Assembly: GCA_965655095.1 (NCBI GenBank)
Contig: OZ296654.1
Coordinates: forward strand, 31,372,001 to 31,436,000
Direction: 5' to 3'
Source: Haplodiscus bocki
Taxonomy: Eukaryota
DNA length: 64,000 nt
Positions 1-11,800 of the stretch are shown piece after piece. Position numbers and translations under genes: made by a program. The notes below the pieces were generated by a model. That model searched no databases. It had not been told where the DNA came from and saw nothing but the letters and a program-made list of their open reading frames with translations. Numbering within the stretch: the first letter of the stretch is position 1; each line of letters begins with the position of its first letter.

Positions 1-898
1 ATTGACTGTAGTTTGATATCAACGCGACAAAAAGGCTGATATCTATTTTGTAGCAAATTTTGGTCACAGTCGACATTTTTTATGCTTAGCTTTAGTTTGG
101 TAAACCATTAACCAACCGAGAACGGTCGAATTGAGCCGCTCATATGCTTCAAAATATTCAAAGGCGGGCCTTCTGATGTTTCGAAAACTTGGTTTTTTGG
201 AATTTTTTTACGCTCGTGGAAAATTTTTGCGAAAAAAAACAAAGATGGGAGTTATCACAAAAGCTTTGAAAATTCCGGTATTTGCTTCTTGAAAAACTGG
301 ACTGCTCACTGGGCTTTTACGAAAGTTTTTGACTGAGTTTTCTCACAAAGTTGCAAAAAAAATTAGAAAGTTTCGGGGTTCAGTTTGCATTCTGAAAAAA
401 TTGGGCCAATTTTGGTTCATTTCGATTTCACAAAACACACCACAGCTATAATAAAGCTAATTGAATCTATGCTGAAATATGTTCTTTTAGCAAGTACCGA
501 ATTACAGTCCATATTGTTGCGCATAAATTCTATTTGTCTCGAAACTGCAAAATACTTTTGCCAGAATGGAACTCTATGACTTCAATGGCAAAAGGAACGC
601 TAGCTAAGATTTGTCATAGCTTTGCAAAATAGAATTGCTACGTTAAATGTTGGTAACTGAAAAATTAGAGTATTTTCCAGCGTTCGGTCTGTGATTCACT
701 CGGTTCGGTTAACAGCCGGGAACAGTCCCTATCTGCTTTGATCTGATTTTTTTTCAAATTAATCAACTTTGTCACGAAACTGTTCGAATTAGAAAAATTC
801 CAATTTATTTTATCATAATGGAAGTTTTCTAATTTGGTATAATATATACCGTCGGTGAATCTGAATAAAAACTACAAGTGATTGTTTTTGTGTTTCAG

Positions 899-1213
899 GA
901 AACAGTGGCAAACAACTACTTCGGACATTTGCTGGTGTGTGAGACTATTTTTCCTCTTTTGGCCCCATCAGGCTGTGTTATCAATGTTGCCAGTGGTGCT
1001 GGAAGATTGGGACAGGTGTCCAGCGAATTGCAGACGACCTTCTCAGGGGCTGCTAATATTGACACCATAACTGACGCTATGCAATTGTTTGTGAAGACAG
1101 CCCAAACAGACGAGCACACCAAACATGGCTTTTCCAATTCAGCCTATGGAATGTCGAAGCTGGGAATGATTTCTTCCGGAGTCGTTCACGCTAAAGAACT
1201 GGCTGCAAAAAAT
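899..1213 (+). CDS. Internal exon of a carbonyl reductase (CBR1-like classical SDR); upstream exons lie outside the window
   Basis: Acceptor tgtttcAG|899 and donor 1213|GTaagc, 315 nt, phase 0-0. Translation ETVANNYFG...VINVASGAG...SAYGMSKLG aligns by eye to CBR1 TNFFG...VVNVSS...SAYGVTKIG (catalytic Ser and YxxxK retained). Confidence 0.9.
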
Positions 1214-1729
1214 GTAAGCATTCATCCTTTAGGGTTGACATGTCATTTCCTCTTCAATGCCCAATTGTCAAAATTGAATTATACATTTGTATTGTAAAAA
1301 GAGATATGCCAATGTCATTTAAACGGCGTTCAGGAATTAGGTTTGCAAATTTTGCCAATTGCACGAAAAGCTCTGGGAAACATTCTTTCGAACAGTGCGT
1401 AATGTCATCGATTATTTTGTTTCTGATAGGTTGAAAATAGTAATATGAAGTAACTGTGATGCCATAAGCTGTCAGTTAATTGGGGGTTGAATATATTGCA
1501 ATGGCATTACGATTGGGGCGAAAGATATCCCAGATATTGGGGTATGTAGTTTTACTTCTGGTTACTGCAGCTAGGAAGGCAACAGTTGAGTTTTTCTTTT
1601 TTACATATTCTGTCTGAAAGGAAAATGTGTATTGGAAACCGGCTACGATATTTTTTATCCTGTCCAAAACTTGCATTTTGTGACTATCAGAGAGTCCAGT
1701 CATCTAGTGTAAAAGGTCAAAAATGGTCT

Positions 1730-4125
1730 TTTTTGTCTAGTACTTGTCCAGTTTTGTGTTGTTTACTGTACAGACTTCCTAATCATTGGACAGCAAAATG
1801 GCGTAACCTGGAAAGACTTGACTCTCGTATCATATTTTTCAGGAGACTGGCACGTACTTGCTCATTTTCACTTGGTTACTGAGGGAACTTCTCAAACATT
1901 GGGCAGCAAAATGGCTCAACCTGGAAAGACATGGTTGACATGTCAACTTCTCGAATAAGACTACATGACTTTTTTGATTTTTTCGGACAAACTTTTAACT
2001 GAGAGCTGGTGTAGCATTTCTAAAAGTGTTAATCACATCTCCGATCATGGTTTTAAATGTATTTCATGGTTTTGCTGTCCTTGTTGGACAGTAGGTGGTG
2101 TTGGAGGAGGTTGGAAATTTTTTGTTTTTCTTTTTTTTTGGTACAAAAAGACTTTTCAGAATCGGTTCATGTTTCTCGAGGTGAAGTTTATAAGAGCACA
2201 CCCAGGAGCACCCAGAGAGGACGGATTCGAAACATGTAAGGAAATGAATTCAATATGCGAATGCCAAATGTTTTCTAAGTGGGGAATGAATTGCGCACAC
2301 GATGATTTTACACAAGAAACTGAGTGCTGGGAAGAAAGGGGAGTTGAGTTTGCAATGATGCATAGCTTTCAAGCAATGTTGAATACTCAATTGGTGGGGT
2401 GTGAACAAAATTCTGGTAGTTGCGACAAAAGAATTTTGAAAAATTTTGCTTCACAAAAGTAACACGGGATGATGTATGTTTCAGGAACAGTTTTCGAAAA
2501 CACGGACACAAGAATGCAAAAAGTAAATATTTTTCGTGGCAAAGACTCTTGCTGAAATGGGATTTTATCTTTTTCTGAGGTTTGAATGCTTTTAAAAGTA
2601 CTGTTGTTGACACGGTTTATTTCGTATGAGGGACCGCTAAACGTTAGAAATATTATCAGCGGCGCGAAAGTTTGAACGATAATCAAAAAAGACGAAAAAA
2701 ACTTCGAAAACATCAGTCTTGAATGAGCTTCGTCGTAGGATGGCGGTGGACCGATCGGTCTTGGGATTTGATTCGTTAACACGTACAACGGCAGATGCGA
2801 ATGAGGGTGAGAAAGCGGCATTTACAAAACTTCACGAAAACACAAACAAACTAAAAAAAATCAGAAAAAGAAACTTCGTTTTATCTAATTACTCAAGTAA
2901 TTGTCCTATTACTTGGGGAAATGAAGGGAACCGGGTCAGGTTCGCCAACACTCGCATAAATGCGGAATAATTCCCAAAAACTCGCCGAAGCGGTAGAGAC
3001 ACAGCAGAAGCTGGAAAACTTGGCACAGACTATGTCCGGAGAGAGAAATCTTTTTGGCGTCACTGGAAAACCAAGAACAGACAGAAAGAAGGCTCTACAA
3101 GGGAAAATGGCTCTGAGCCGGACAAATTTTTGGGAAACTTTGTGAATTTTACAGTTTTAGGGAAAGATTTTCAAAAGAGATATCCCACTCCTGTCACTAT
3201 TTCAACAATCGCTTATTTTCGTTGTCTAATTTAGTTTTTGATAGCTCTCGGAATGCGAGAGGAGATTTTTAGGAAATTTGAAGTTGTTAATGTCTTTAGT
3301 TTTGCAAATAAATGGCTTGAATTATTTCAAGTTGTGGTTAAACAGAGATTTCATGTACAAGACAATTTTATCAGACAAGATAAAGAAAAACTGCTCGACT
3401 TAGATTTCAGTGGTTGAGGGTTGAATGATTTGCTGAAATTTCACTTTTTCGATATAACTTTCTGTGCAGCTGCAAGTTACGAGTCAGGTAAAGAGCAAAT
3501 GTAAACAGTCGAAATAAAACAATATTAGCGGATAAAAAGTAATATTTAAAATGAAACAACAGTAGTTTTGAACAGAATTCTTATTTGCATTTTCAATATG
3601 CAGGTGGATTCAATAAATGTTACAGAGCTAAGAGCATAGATGTATGAGCGTATTTATGTTTTTAACTGTTTTAAAACAACACAAGAAAGAAATAACAGCT
3701 GTCTTTTCTCGTATATGTAGCTGAGTCTTTCTCTTTCTGAAAAGGCTGAAAAAATGTTAGTCATCGATTTCCCCCTCTCCGCTCCGTTATATTTGTAAAC
3801 AAAGTATCGTAGATGAACAACTTGTAAACTTGTTTTTTCGTCTTGTTGACTAATTTTGGCCATTTAGAGAACTAGAAATTTTTTGCATAAAACGTTTTTT
3901 TAGGGCACGGACTTTTGTCTCTTTTTTGGCGTTGTTTACTGTGCAAGTCCTGGTGAAACTGGGCGGCAGAACGGCGAATCAGAAAAAAAACATGATTGAC
4001 AGATCAACTTTTCGACTATCAGACACTAACAGGTTTTTGCCTCATTTCCACTTTTCGTACATCCTTTTGATAGACATCTGGTGTAGTGTTTCTAGAAGTG
4101 TCAATCATGTATCCGATCAAAGTTA
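1730..4125 (+). repeat. Diverged dispersed repeat copies inside the intron (~1730-2060 and ~3915-4125)
   Basis: ttgg(a/g)cagcaaaatggc..aacctggaaagac at ~1787 and ~1899, with a related copy at ~3959. ctggtgtagcatttctaaaagtgttaatcacatctccgatca (~2006) matches ctggtgtagtgtttctagaagtgtcaatcatgtatccgatca (~4078). Confidence 0.55.
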
Positions 4126-4883
4126 AAGTGTCTCTCAGACTTTCAGTCTGTCAACTTCATCTTTGTTTTCAACTGACAAAGTCAGAATGTTTTGCGAAGT
4201 TCCGCTTCGACTCTATTATATTTCGCTCAATATTTCATATTTGGAATCACAATCATTCGTCAATGAATCTGGATTTACATCAAATTTGCCAGTTGCACGA
4301 TGAAGCAAAAGTTCAGGTGAAAAAAAATGACCCATCATTTTTTCGAAATTTCCCGTAGAATGCGTCTAACTTTGTGGTCATTCTAAAAAATTTTTGTTGC
4401 CAAAATTTAGGCTTTTTTGCGAAATAAAAAGTGAAAGAAATTGAGATTTTCAGCTGTTTGCACCTCTTTCAAGAAAGTTTTTTAGTCCGATTGCGGCATT
4501 TCAACGTTTCTTCTGTAATATTTGGAAGGCGGAAAATACCCCAGAGTTGGCCTGGCGTCTTGTAAATAAATTCTGTTGATCTCTAGTTTACTGCTTTTTG
4601 GGAGAGTGACAATGAAGCTTGTAATTTTGACACGATCAGTTCTAATGGTTCCCGCAATTCAAGTGCTATTTCGTACCTTTTTCAGAAAGTCCCGAAGTTG
4701 GGTTCAAAAAAACTTTCCCGCCGATGTCAAGTTTCCATTGGTGTCGTGTTATCGCGCTCAATTTTCTCGTCTCCTGTGGTAGGATTATCTGATAACAAAT
4801 GTGTCGGACACAGTTATTCCCGTGATCCACAATAAGTTGTATCCATTTCGTTTCAATGTCCATGGTCGATTCTGGGTGAAACT

Positions 4884-5212
4884 AACTTAGGTGTCAATGA
4901 TGTTGTTGATTTTAGATTGCGGTGATCAACATGTGCCCGGGTTGGTGCAAGAGTGACATGGCGGGGAACTTAGGTGTCAATGATGTTGATTTTAGATTGC
5001 GGTGATCAACATGTGCCCGGGTTGGTGCAAGAGTGACATGGCGGTGAACTTAGGTGTCAATGATGTTGTTGATTTTAGATTGCGGTGATCAACATGTGCC
5101 CGGGTTGGTGCAAGAGTGACATGGCGGGGAACTTAGGTGTCAATGATGTTGTTGATTTTAGATTGCGGTGATCAACATGTGCCCGGGTTGGTGCAAGAGT
5201 GACATGGCGGGG
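4884..5212 (+). repeat. Four tandem copies (80-83 bp) of intron 3' end plus first 51 nt of the last exon
   Basis: Unit aacttaggtgtcaatgatgttg(ttg)attttAG-attgcggtgatcaacatgtgcccgggttggtgcaagagtgacatggcgg(g/t)g. Exon starts at 4916, 4996, 5079 and 5162. Confidence 0.97.
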
Positions 5213-5341
5213 TGGGAGAGACCCCCCAGGACGGCTGCTCAGGGCGCAGACACTGTCTACTGGCTCGAAACTCTCGATCACGACAAACAAATGCAAGTCA
5301 GTGGAAAATTCTTCAGAGACAGAAAAGAAGTTCCTTGGTGA
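5162..5341 (+). CDS. Terminal exon of the carbonyl reductase (not in the ORF track)
   Basis: After gattttAG|5162, phase 0: IAVINMCPGWCKSDMAGWERPPRTAAQGADTVYWLETLDHDKQMQVSGKFFRDRKEVPW*, TGA at 5339-5341. Matches the CBR1 C-terminus pattern NACCPGWVRTDMAG...EGAETPVYL...GQF...W. Confidence 0.9.
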   Translation: MAVINMCPGWCKSDMAGWERPPRTAAQGADTVYWLETLDHDKQMQVSGKFFRDRKEVPW

Positions 5342-6644
5342 AGTTACCAACTTAAGCTGTCTCATGTGTCAGCCTTTGAAAATATAACCTGGAATTGCAG
5401 AATGTGTATAGCAAAATTATTTTTTGTTTTATTGCTAAATACTTGGAGCTAAATTTTTAAAAATTAAACATTATGACCATGCAATTGAGTCATAATGGCT
5501 ATTAACTTGCAATAATTTTCTGTTACTCTTGTCAAAACTATTTTATTACAGTTGCTGAAATCAGTGTTGAGTAACAATGTACTGTCAAAAGTTAATTTTA
5601 CAGAAAGTTATGCTTTAATTGATTTGCTAAGGGATTACTGCGCTCTCTTGTCCATTCAGCCATTTTAACCAAAGATATGCCAATATTGAAATTGACGCTT
5701 TGAAGATGTGCGCAATATATTGGCTTGAACTTAACCAAATCAGGACTAATTTTCTCAAGTCTTTCTTTCCAGAGGTTGCTTTTGTGTGCGATTTGGGCCT
5801 TCTTAAGCCTTTAAGAAATTGTCTCAGGCGTTGGTCCGCTAGGAAAGACTTTTGAATTAGTTGAAAAGATGCTTCTGAAAGATCAAAGAAAATGATTGAC
5901 TGAGAGTTAGTATCGTTTACTGGGTTATTATTAATACAAACAGTAAAACGGAAGTTTAATACCAATAAAGATCCCAAGAAAATTGAATTAAATCAGTGGA
6001 TAAATAATGGGCGATGACTCGTGAACTCATGTTTAGATCCTATGACTTATGCTGGCGGTTTCCGCTGGAGCACAAGAGAAGTTTCATGAATCTAAATAGC
6101 CTCTATTTATAGTAAAGTCAACCAAAAGGCGACAGTTTACTCGGCGGTAAACTTTGAGTTAGATTTGTCTGCAAATATTTCTAAGGCAAGTTTAGACAGC
6201 GTTCGCTGATCTTTCTCAAATTGAGTTTTTATGAAGCATGCACTGACAAGTTTCATTTTCAAAGTCAATTCTATTGAAATTCTCAAGACTTTATTGAAAA
6301 CAAAAGAAGGCTTTAGTCTCAACTAATCAATTTATGGATCTTTTCTGTTAATTTTTAGCAGCCGAAAATTTTTCGCCAGCGAGTTTTTGGCGAAAACACT
6401 TGGAAACCGAGGTTTTTTCAGAGGGTAAATTGTAGTTTATCGCCATTCTCTGGCCTAATATCACATGTATGGCATCCCAATGCTGACTAAGCAATGTAAC
6501 ATGAAGCGTTAGTTGCATTCAGTTTCTAACCGACTTTTCGGTGCTTTTCCACAAAATTTGGGCCGAAAATTTTCGGAAAAAATTTCGAAGTTTCTGCATT
6601 TTCTAGCTCAAGAAATTCTAAGTTGTATTCCTCAACATCCGCAC

Positions 6645-9000
6645 TCAGTTTTTTCTGTTAGTCGGAGGAAAAATCTGCATTTGGCCCAGTAGTTGTTGTC
6701 TATAGCGTTCAATTTTGGCTTGTGGAAGTTCTGTCGTCAACAGATCGGCTGCCAGTTGAGCAGCTGGCGTGTACGCAAGTTGAACTGAGTTGTGATCGAC
6801 TTTCTCTTGTATGAAATGATTTTTTGTGTCGATGTGTTTCGATCGTTTGTACATCACAGGGTTTGTAGCTAGTTTGATGAAGCTCCGATTGTCTTCACCA
6901 ATAACCGTTGCCTGCATCTGGTGATAGCCCATTTCACAGAAGAGTGATCTCCAGAATGTTGCTCCTTCATCTGCCGCAGCCAAACACTGAAATTCTGGTT
7001 CACCCAAAAAATATCTGCTGCTTTTTGATTTGCAAGCTCGCCCCCCCCCCCACTGAATCCCATTTTGGAAAGAAAGCCAGTGGCTGATCTTTTGTCATCA
7101 TGATCTCTATTTTAACCTGCGTCATTATCAGTGAGATTACGATAGTCTCTTGGGTACACAAACTTGGTTGACTTTGTGGCTTCTAAAGAGCAGAAACAGG
7201 CTTGCCAGCCAACCAGTAGGCGTTAGCCGGCTTGTCCATGAAACGTGAGAGCATATGTACTATCCAAACTATGTCTGGCCTAGTTTGCTCTGCAATTTAT
7301 ACGAGAGATCCAACGACTTCTGTATAGTGTTTCTTCACCTAATTGCTCATTCTCAGTTGCGTTGACAAAGTAATGTTTATTCTCAGCTGGTGTTTTTTAT
7401 GGTTTAGTTTCCTGCTTGCTAAACTTTTCTATGACACTTTCAATACAAGTTCGCTGGTCAAGAGTCATGTTTTCGGAGCTTCGGTTAACTTGCACACCTT
7501 TGAATTACTCGGAGTTTTGCTCGGTTCTCCATTATAAACTCTAATTCTGAAAACTTCTTCAACTCATCTAGGTACTGTGAACTACTTCAAGCGATGAGTA
7601 GGTCATCACCCCAACTTAGGATGAAACGTTTTTTGTCAATTCGCATTTTCGCAGAAGACGTAGTAGTCAAATTTTAAACAGCACAAAGTTTTGGTCAATC
7701 GGGATTCTTATTAGTTTTTCGTACCAGTTTTTTTGCGGCTTGTTTCAAGCCGTACATTGGCTCGTCCAATCTACAGACAAACTTTTCGTCGGAGCTGTCA
7801 AGTTTTTCAAAACCTTTTGGTTGCCGAGTGTAACTTTCTTGATTTCGGGATGTGAGTGGGTTGACATCAAGTTCATCCGTCTACCTAAAACTTTTTTTTC
7901 GTTTTTAATGAAAAAATACGTCTGGAGGTTTCTGGCTTGCTCGATGGACTGAAGGTTTTGAAGTAGTCGATAATTTCACTTTGCTTGAATTTTTTGGCTA
8001 TAGAAAGGGCTAAATTTTCTACAGGTTTCAAGGCTTCCATCGGCTTTAGTTTTATCTTCAAAAACACACTTTCTTGTTAATATATTATGGTTTTTGGACA
8101 CTCCACTGGAGTCTATGTGTTAGCATCACTCAAAGTCTTGAGCTTTTATTGCATTGCTTGCCACCAGCCGTTGTTCTCAGAAGAATCTGTGTTTGCCTGT
8201 TTGTTTCAGGTTCTTTCGGAAAAAACGTTGATTTTTGGCTCTAATTTTGGTCATATCTTTGAGGCGGAATGCGTAATCTGTCTTCTCGCTTTAGTCCGTT
8301 TTGCATCCGGTCTTATTCAACCCAATTCTGTGTCGTTGTTAGAACGAAGTCTTATTTGCAGAAACTGTTTGGCCATATCTGCTTTGCATGGCACTTTTGC
8401 TTTTGTGTTTACGACTTGACATGTTTGCTGAACATCACTTGCGCGAAGCGTTCGCTCCTGTAGAACAGGAATTATTGAAGGCCTCGGTGGTCTTGGCTCA
8501 ACAGAACTCAAAGCAGGAATAGACGGAGCTTGTGCTTTTGGTTGAAAATATTACTTCTTGTGGTCTGAGCTTGACTAACAGGCTTAAATTGAACTTGTGG
8601 GTTAAACGTGATACTCGTGCCAGTTTCAGACTCAATACTTGATAAAAATTTCTCATCTGCCAGAACGTCAAGCTTCACCTCCATTTCAGGCGCTCCCTTT
8701 GAAAAATTTTGTGACAACAATTTTATTGTTGTCTGTTTCATGTTTATCGTGAAAGTTACCTCGAAGACTGCAGAACTTGAGTTTTTCGTCCTCAAAGAAA
8801 ACTTGATACAAGCAATTAATGAAAATAATGAAGCCTTTTTGCAGATATTTCTTCCATCTTTCCTTTCGAAACATGATTTTTTTTCAAAGTTATAGCACCG
8901 TTTACATAATCATTCCCTGCTGAACTTTAATATAGATTTCTTTCACACAAAATGTAAGTCACTTGCTAAGTAACTGTCTGTAGCTTTTTGGAAGCCTATT
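6645..9000 (-). mobile_element. Degenerate Ty1/copia LTR retrotransposon pol (integrase C-term, RT, RNase H)
   Basis: RNase H VIGEDNRSFIKLATNPVMYKRSKHIDTK...AADLLT (6645-7007). RT pieces QTRPDIV (~7270), MYGLKQAAK (~7735-7760), IDYFKTFSP (~7950), WWQAMQ (~8155). Many stops and frameshifts; no LTRs recognised. Confidence 0.9.
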
Positions 9001-9049
9001 CTCATGGAGAGTACGAGAGAGATGTTGGCACAAAAACCACCCTGAGAGT

Positions 9050-11800
9050 TAGTACTTACAGTGTGAGCTTCACCAATCAACGTCCATGAAGTTGTTTCTG
9101 CAGACAGTGCCACCCAAAATTGCTCGTTGAAGTTTTAGTTTCCGCCGGAAGGAATGGCAATATCAACGAAAGCAATTCACAACGTTTCTCGAAAGTTGCC
9201 CCGCATCATTTATTACTTCGAGGGCCAATCTTGAAACGAGGCCTATTTTGAGAGAATCTGGAAAGACGCTACAGGCACGCCTTGAAAAAGATTAACCAAG
9301 AAATTTTGAGTGTTTGAGAAGATATCGCTCATCTGAAAATGAAATGGACATCAATGAGAAAGCTTTTTGTATGAACGTGAGTACGGTTTCACGCCCAATG
9401 ATTATCCCAGCTCTTCATAAAAAGTTCAAGCGTTCTGACCAATACAAACAGATCGATTGAGATCACAATTGAATTAATCCATTGGGTATTTTTGCAGGAA
9501 ATTGAGTATGAAAATCGGAAGGAAAATTAAAGCTAAGGGCACATATTGAGCCTTTCAGTCTCACAATTCCGATGCAAATTACAAAATCTAACTTCTTTGT
9601 GCAGAATAAATTTTCCTAATAAAAAACTCGAGTCAAGTTTTGATGGAAGAAATGAAGATCATAGTTATGAAAACTAAAATTTAATGAAAACAAGTATCAT
9701 AACTTCTGCGTTGTTGAAGTTTTCGACCAGTCGGGTTTTCAGTGCAGCAAAGAAGAATAGTGTGTCTTAGTAGTAACTTGATTGAAGAAAACCAGCCGGC
9801 AGTAATTAAGAAAATTGAAGTTGAAAGTTACAGATAGCTAAAAATGACAAAATTTGTTAGTCTTGGCCAAGAAAATTTAAGAATCACAGTATGAAACCTC
9901 GAAACGAATTGTCCTCCTACTTTTTGCACTGGAAAGTTTTTCAATGCGAGTTTGGTGGGAAAAATTGACAAAGTAGAAAATAAAGTCAGTTTAAAAATCA
10001 AGAAAAACTGATAAATACTAAAACCGAAATTTGATCGTCTCCGAGAATTCCGCTGGAACGACAGAAATTCAAAATAATGGTGCTAAACACCCTGCTTCAA
10101 GATGAGAACTGACGATTAGGGTTTTGATAAAAGAAATCAAGTCAAATTCTAGTTAAATCGAAAACTGTCCGGAAGAAAAAGGTACCAATTAACATCTTAG
10201 TGTTTTTGCTCTATAAGAGCTCTGATGCAATGAAGAAAATCCGAGTTTTTAGAGTTGAGCAATCTTAAAAAAAGTTGCAATCTCTCCGTCACGATATTGA
10301 AAGTAGTGTTTAAGTTGGTAGTTATTGAGAATGTTGAGTTCCAAATTTGTTAACAGTCAAAACTAAAGGGAATTTCTGCCTTGTTCAGCCTATCAGGTTC
10401 CCAATGCAAGAATAAATACCAAGCACTTCATGAGTGCGTGCTATTAACCAAATAGAAAGCTGTTGGTTGGGGCCTTGAAGGAGCTAATAGAACCAGCAGT
10501 CTTTTGGAATGATGAGTTTAGAAATCGAGAGTGAAGTATTCGCTGATAAAGTAATGCAATTCGTGAACAACACACGGGTGCCCATGGATAGTGTGCCTAT
10601 AAACGGAAATGGTGATCCCAAGCAACGAACAGCATCATCGTGAACCTGAGTCTAGCTCGCCCTACATTCTGACAAACTTCCACTCTTACTTTTGAAACAT
10701 CTGGAGCGGAGGAGAGATCGGTACGGCACTGAAGTCCTGGAAATTTTGAATCAACTGACAGTTGGTCCAGGCAACGCAAAACGTCTTGCTTCGATCCTTG
10801 AAAAACCAAGGAACTGTATTTTTGTTAAAAGTTGGGCAGAAGCGTCATTTTTCAGCTTAAGTACCAAAATAGTGCCTACAAAAGTAGTTGAGAGAGAATT
10901 TGTTGAAATGGACGACGATTTGAGAAGGCAGTAACAAAACACTTATGAAGAGGTTTGAAGCGATGAGATCAGTGAGCAGGACATGCACAGATGGAGAACC
11001 ACTGTTGAGACCAAAGTCTGCAGTTTGCTTGACAAACACTGCCTCAAACCAAAACGCCTGTTGCTTTTCAAGGGTGCTTGAATGCGTTTGACGAGAAATT
11101 TTGAATAAACGCATGTCCAGCAGGCGATTGCTCTTCGTAAATCAATTCTGTCCGCTTTTATTGGACTGAAAGGAAATTATCTCCTCTATCACCAACACAC
11201 TTGATTTTTTTCCTGGAGTTTTATTGCCCGGAAGGTACAATTTAACAAATACTTCGATGAAAGCACCATTCACGAAAGCATCGGAGAAGACGTTTTCAAG
11301 TTGATTACAATGGTGATTGATACCTGTAGAAACTACAGACTGTGGGATGAGAATCAACTGCTAGTGCTGTCGGGCCCAATCAAACACCTGAAAGACGTTT
11401 TTTTTGTCTACCAAAAGCGATACAATGAGAACTATTCGGACTACAGCTCAAGGGAAAGGATAATGAGACATAATTTCATCCAGTCCTGTTTCAAACGAGC
11501 TCATTTTAACACAGCAGTTTCCTTTCTTTTTCAAAAATCATGAGATTCCAGAAGGTAATCACAGAACAATTTCCGTCTTCCATAGCATAAAAGTCGGTAA
11601 ACTCTTTGTTTCGAAAGCCAAAAATGTCAAAAATATGTTACGAAAACAAAAGAGTGGAATGGCAATGATTGATAGTTCTGAAGCTAAAACTAGGGTATTG
11701 ATTATGTGCTTGTACGGTTTAACCCAAACTTTTCACGAAGCAGAGGTTGATCTCATAGCGCTACCCTGGATGTCACACTTCGAATTTGGGCTAGTCGGGA
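9050..11800 (+). pseudogene. Decayed Pif1/RecD-like (SF1B) helicase with possible C-terminal GIY-YIG domain; Helitron-like element fragment
   Basis: Colinear motifs across frameshifts: Walker A-like SGRKxGT (~10168), motif II VFWNDEF (10511), VMQFVNNTRVPMDSVPINGNGDPKQ (motif III, 10611-10625), LLLFKGA*MRLTRN (11058-11099), TIHESIG (11265), LWDENQLLVLSG (~11340-11375). Followed by EIPEGNHRTISVFHSIKVGKLFVSKAKNVKNMLRKQKSG (~11540-11660). Confidence 0.7.

Noticed and set aside
108-712. Possible MITE with IR ttaaccaaccgag / ctcggttcggttaa
   Set aside because: Short imperfect IR, no TSD, single copy in the window.
878-1297. ORF-track 139-aa protein as a complete gene
   Set aside because: Both ends are intronic, and the Rossmann TGxxxGxG motif is absent.
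4884-5212. CRISPR-like array
   Set aside because: Whole units are near-identical with no unique spacers; it is a duplicated intron/exon junction.
4916-5341. In-frame read-through of all four repeats (246 nt offset is a multiple of 3)
   Set aside because: TGA is met in unit 2 (TTT AGA TTG CGG TGA).
5620-6350. Minus-strand ORFs downstream of the reductase
   Set aside because: No recognisable motifs or splice structure.
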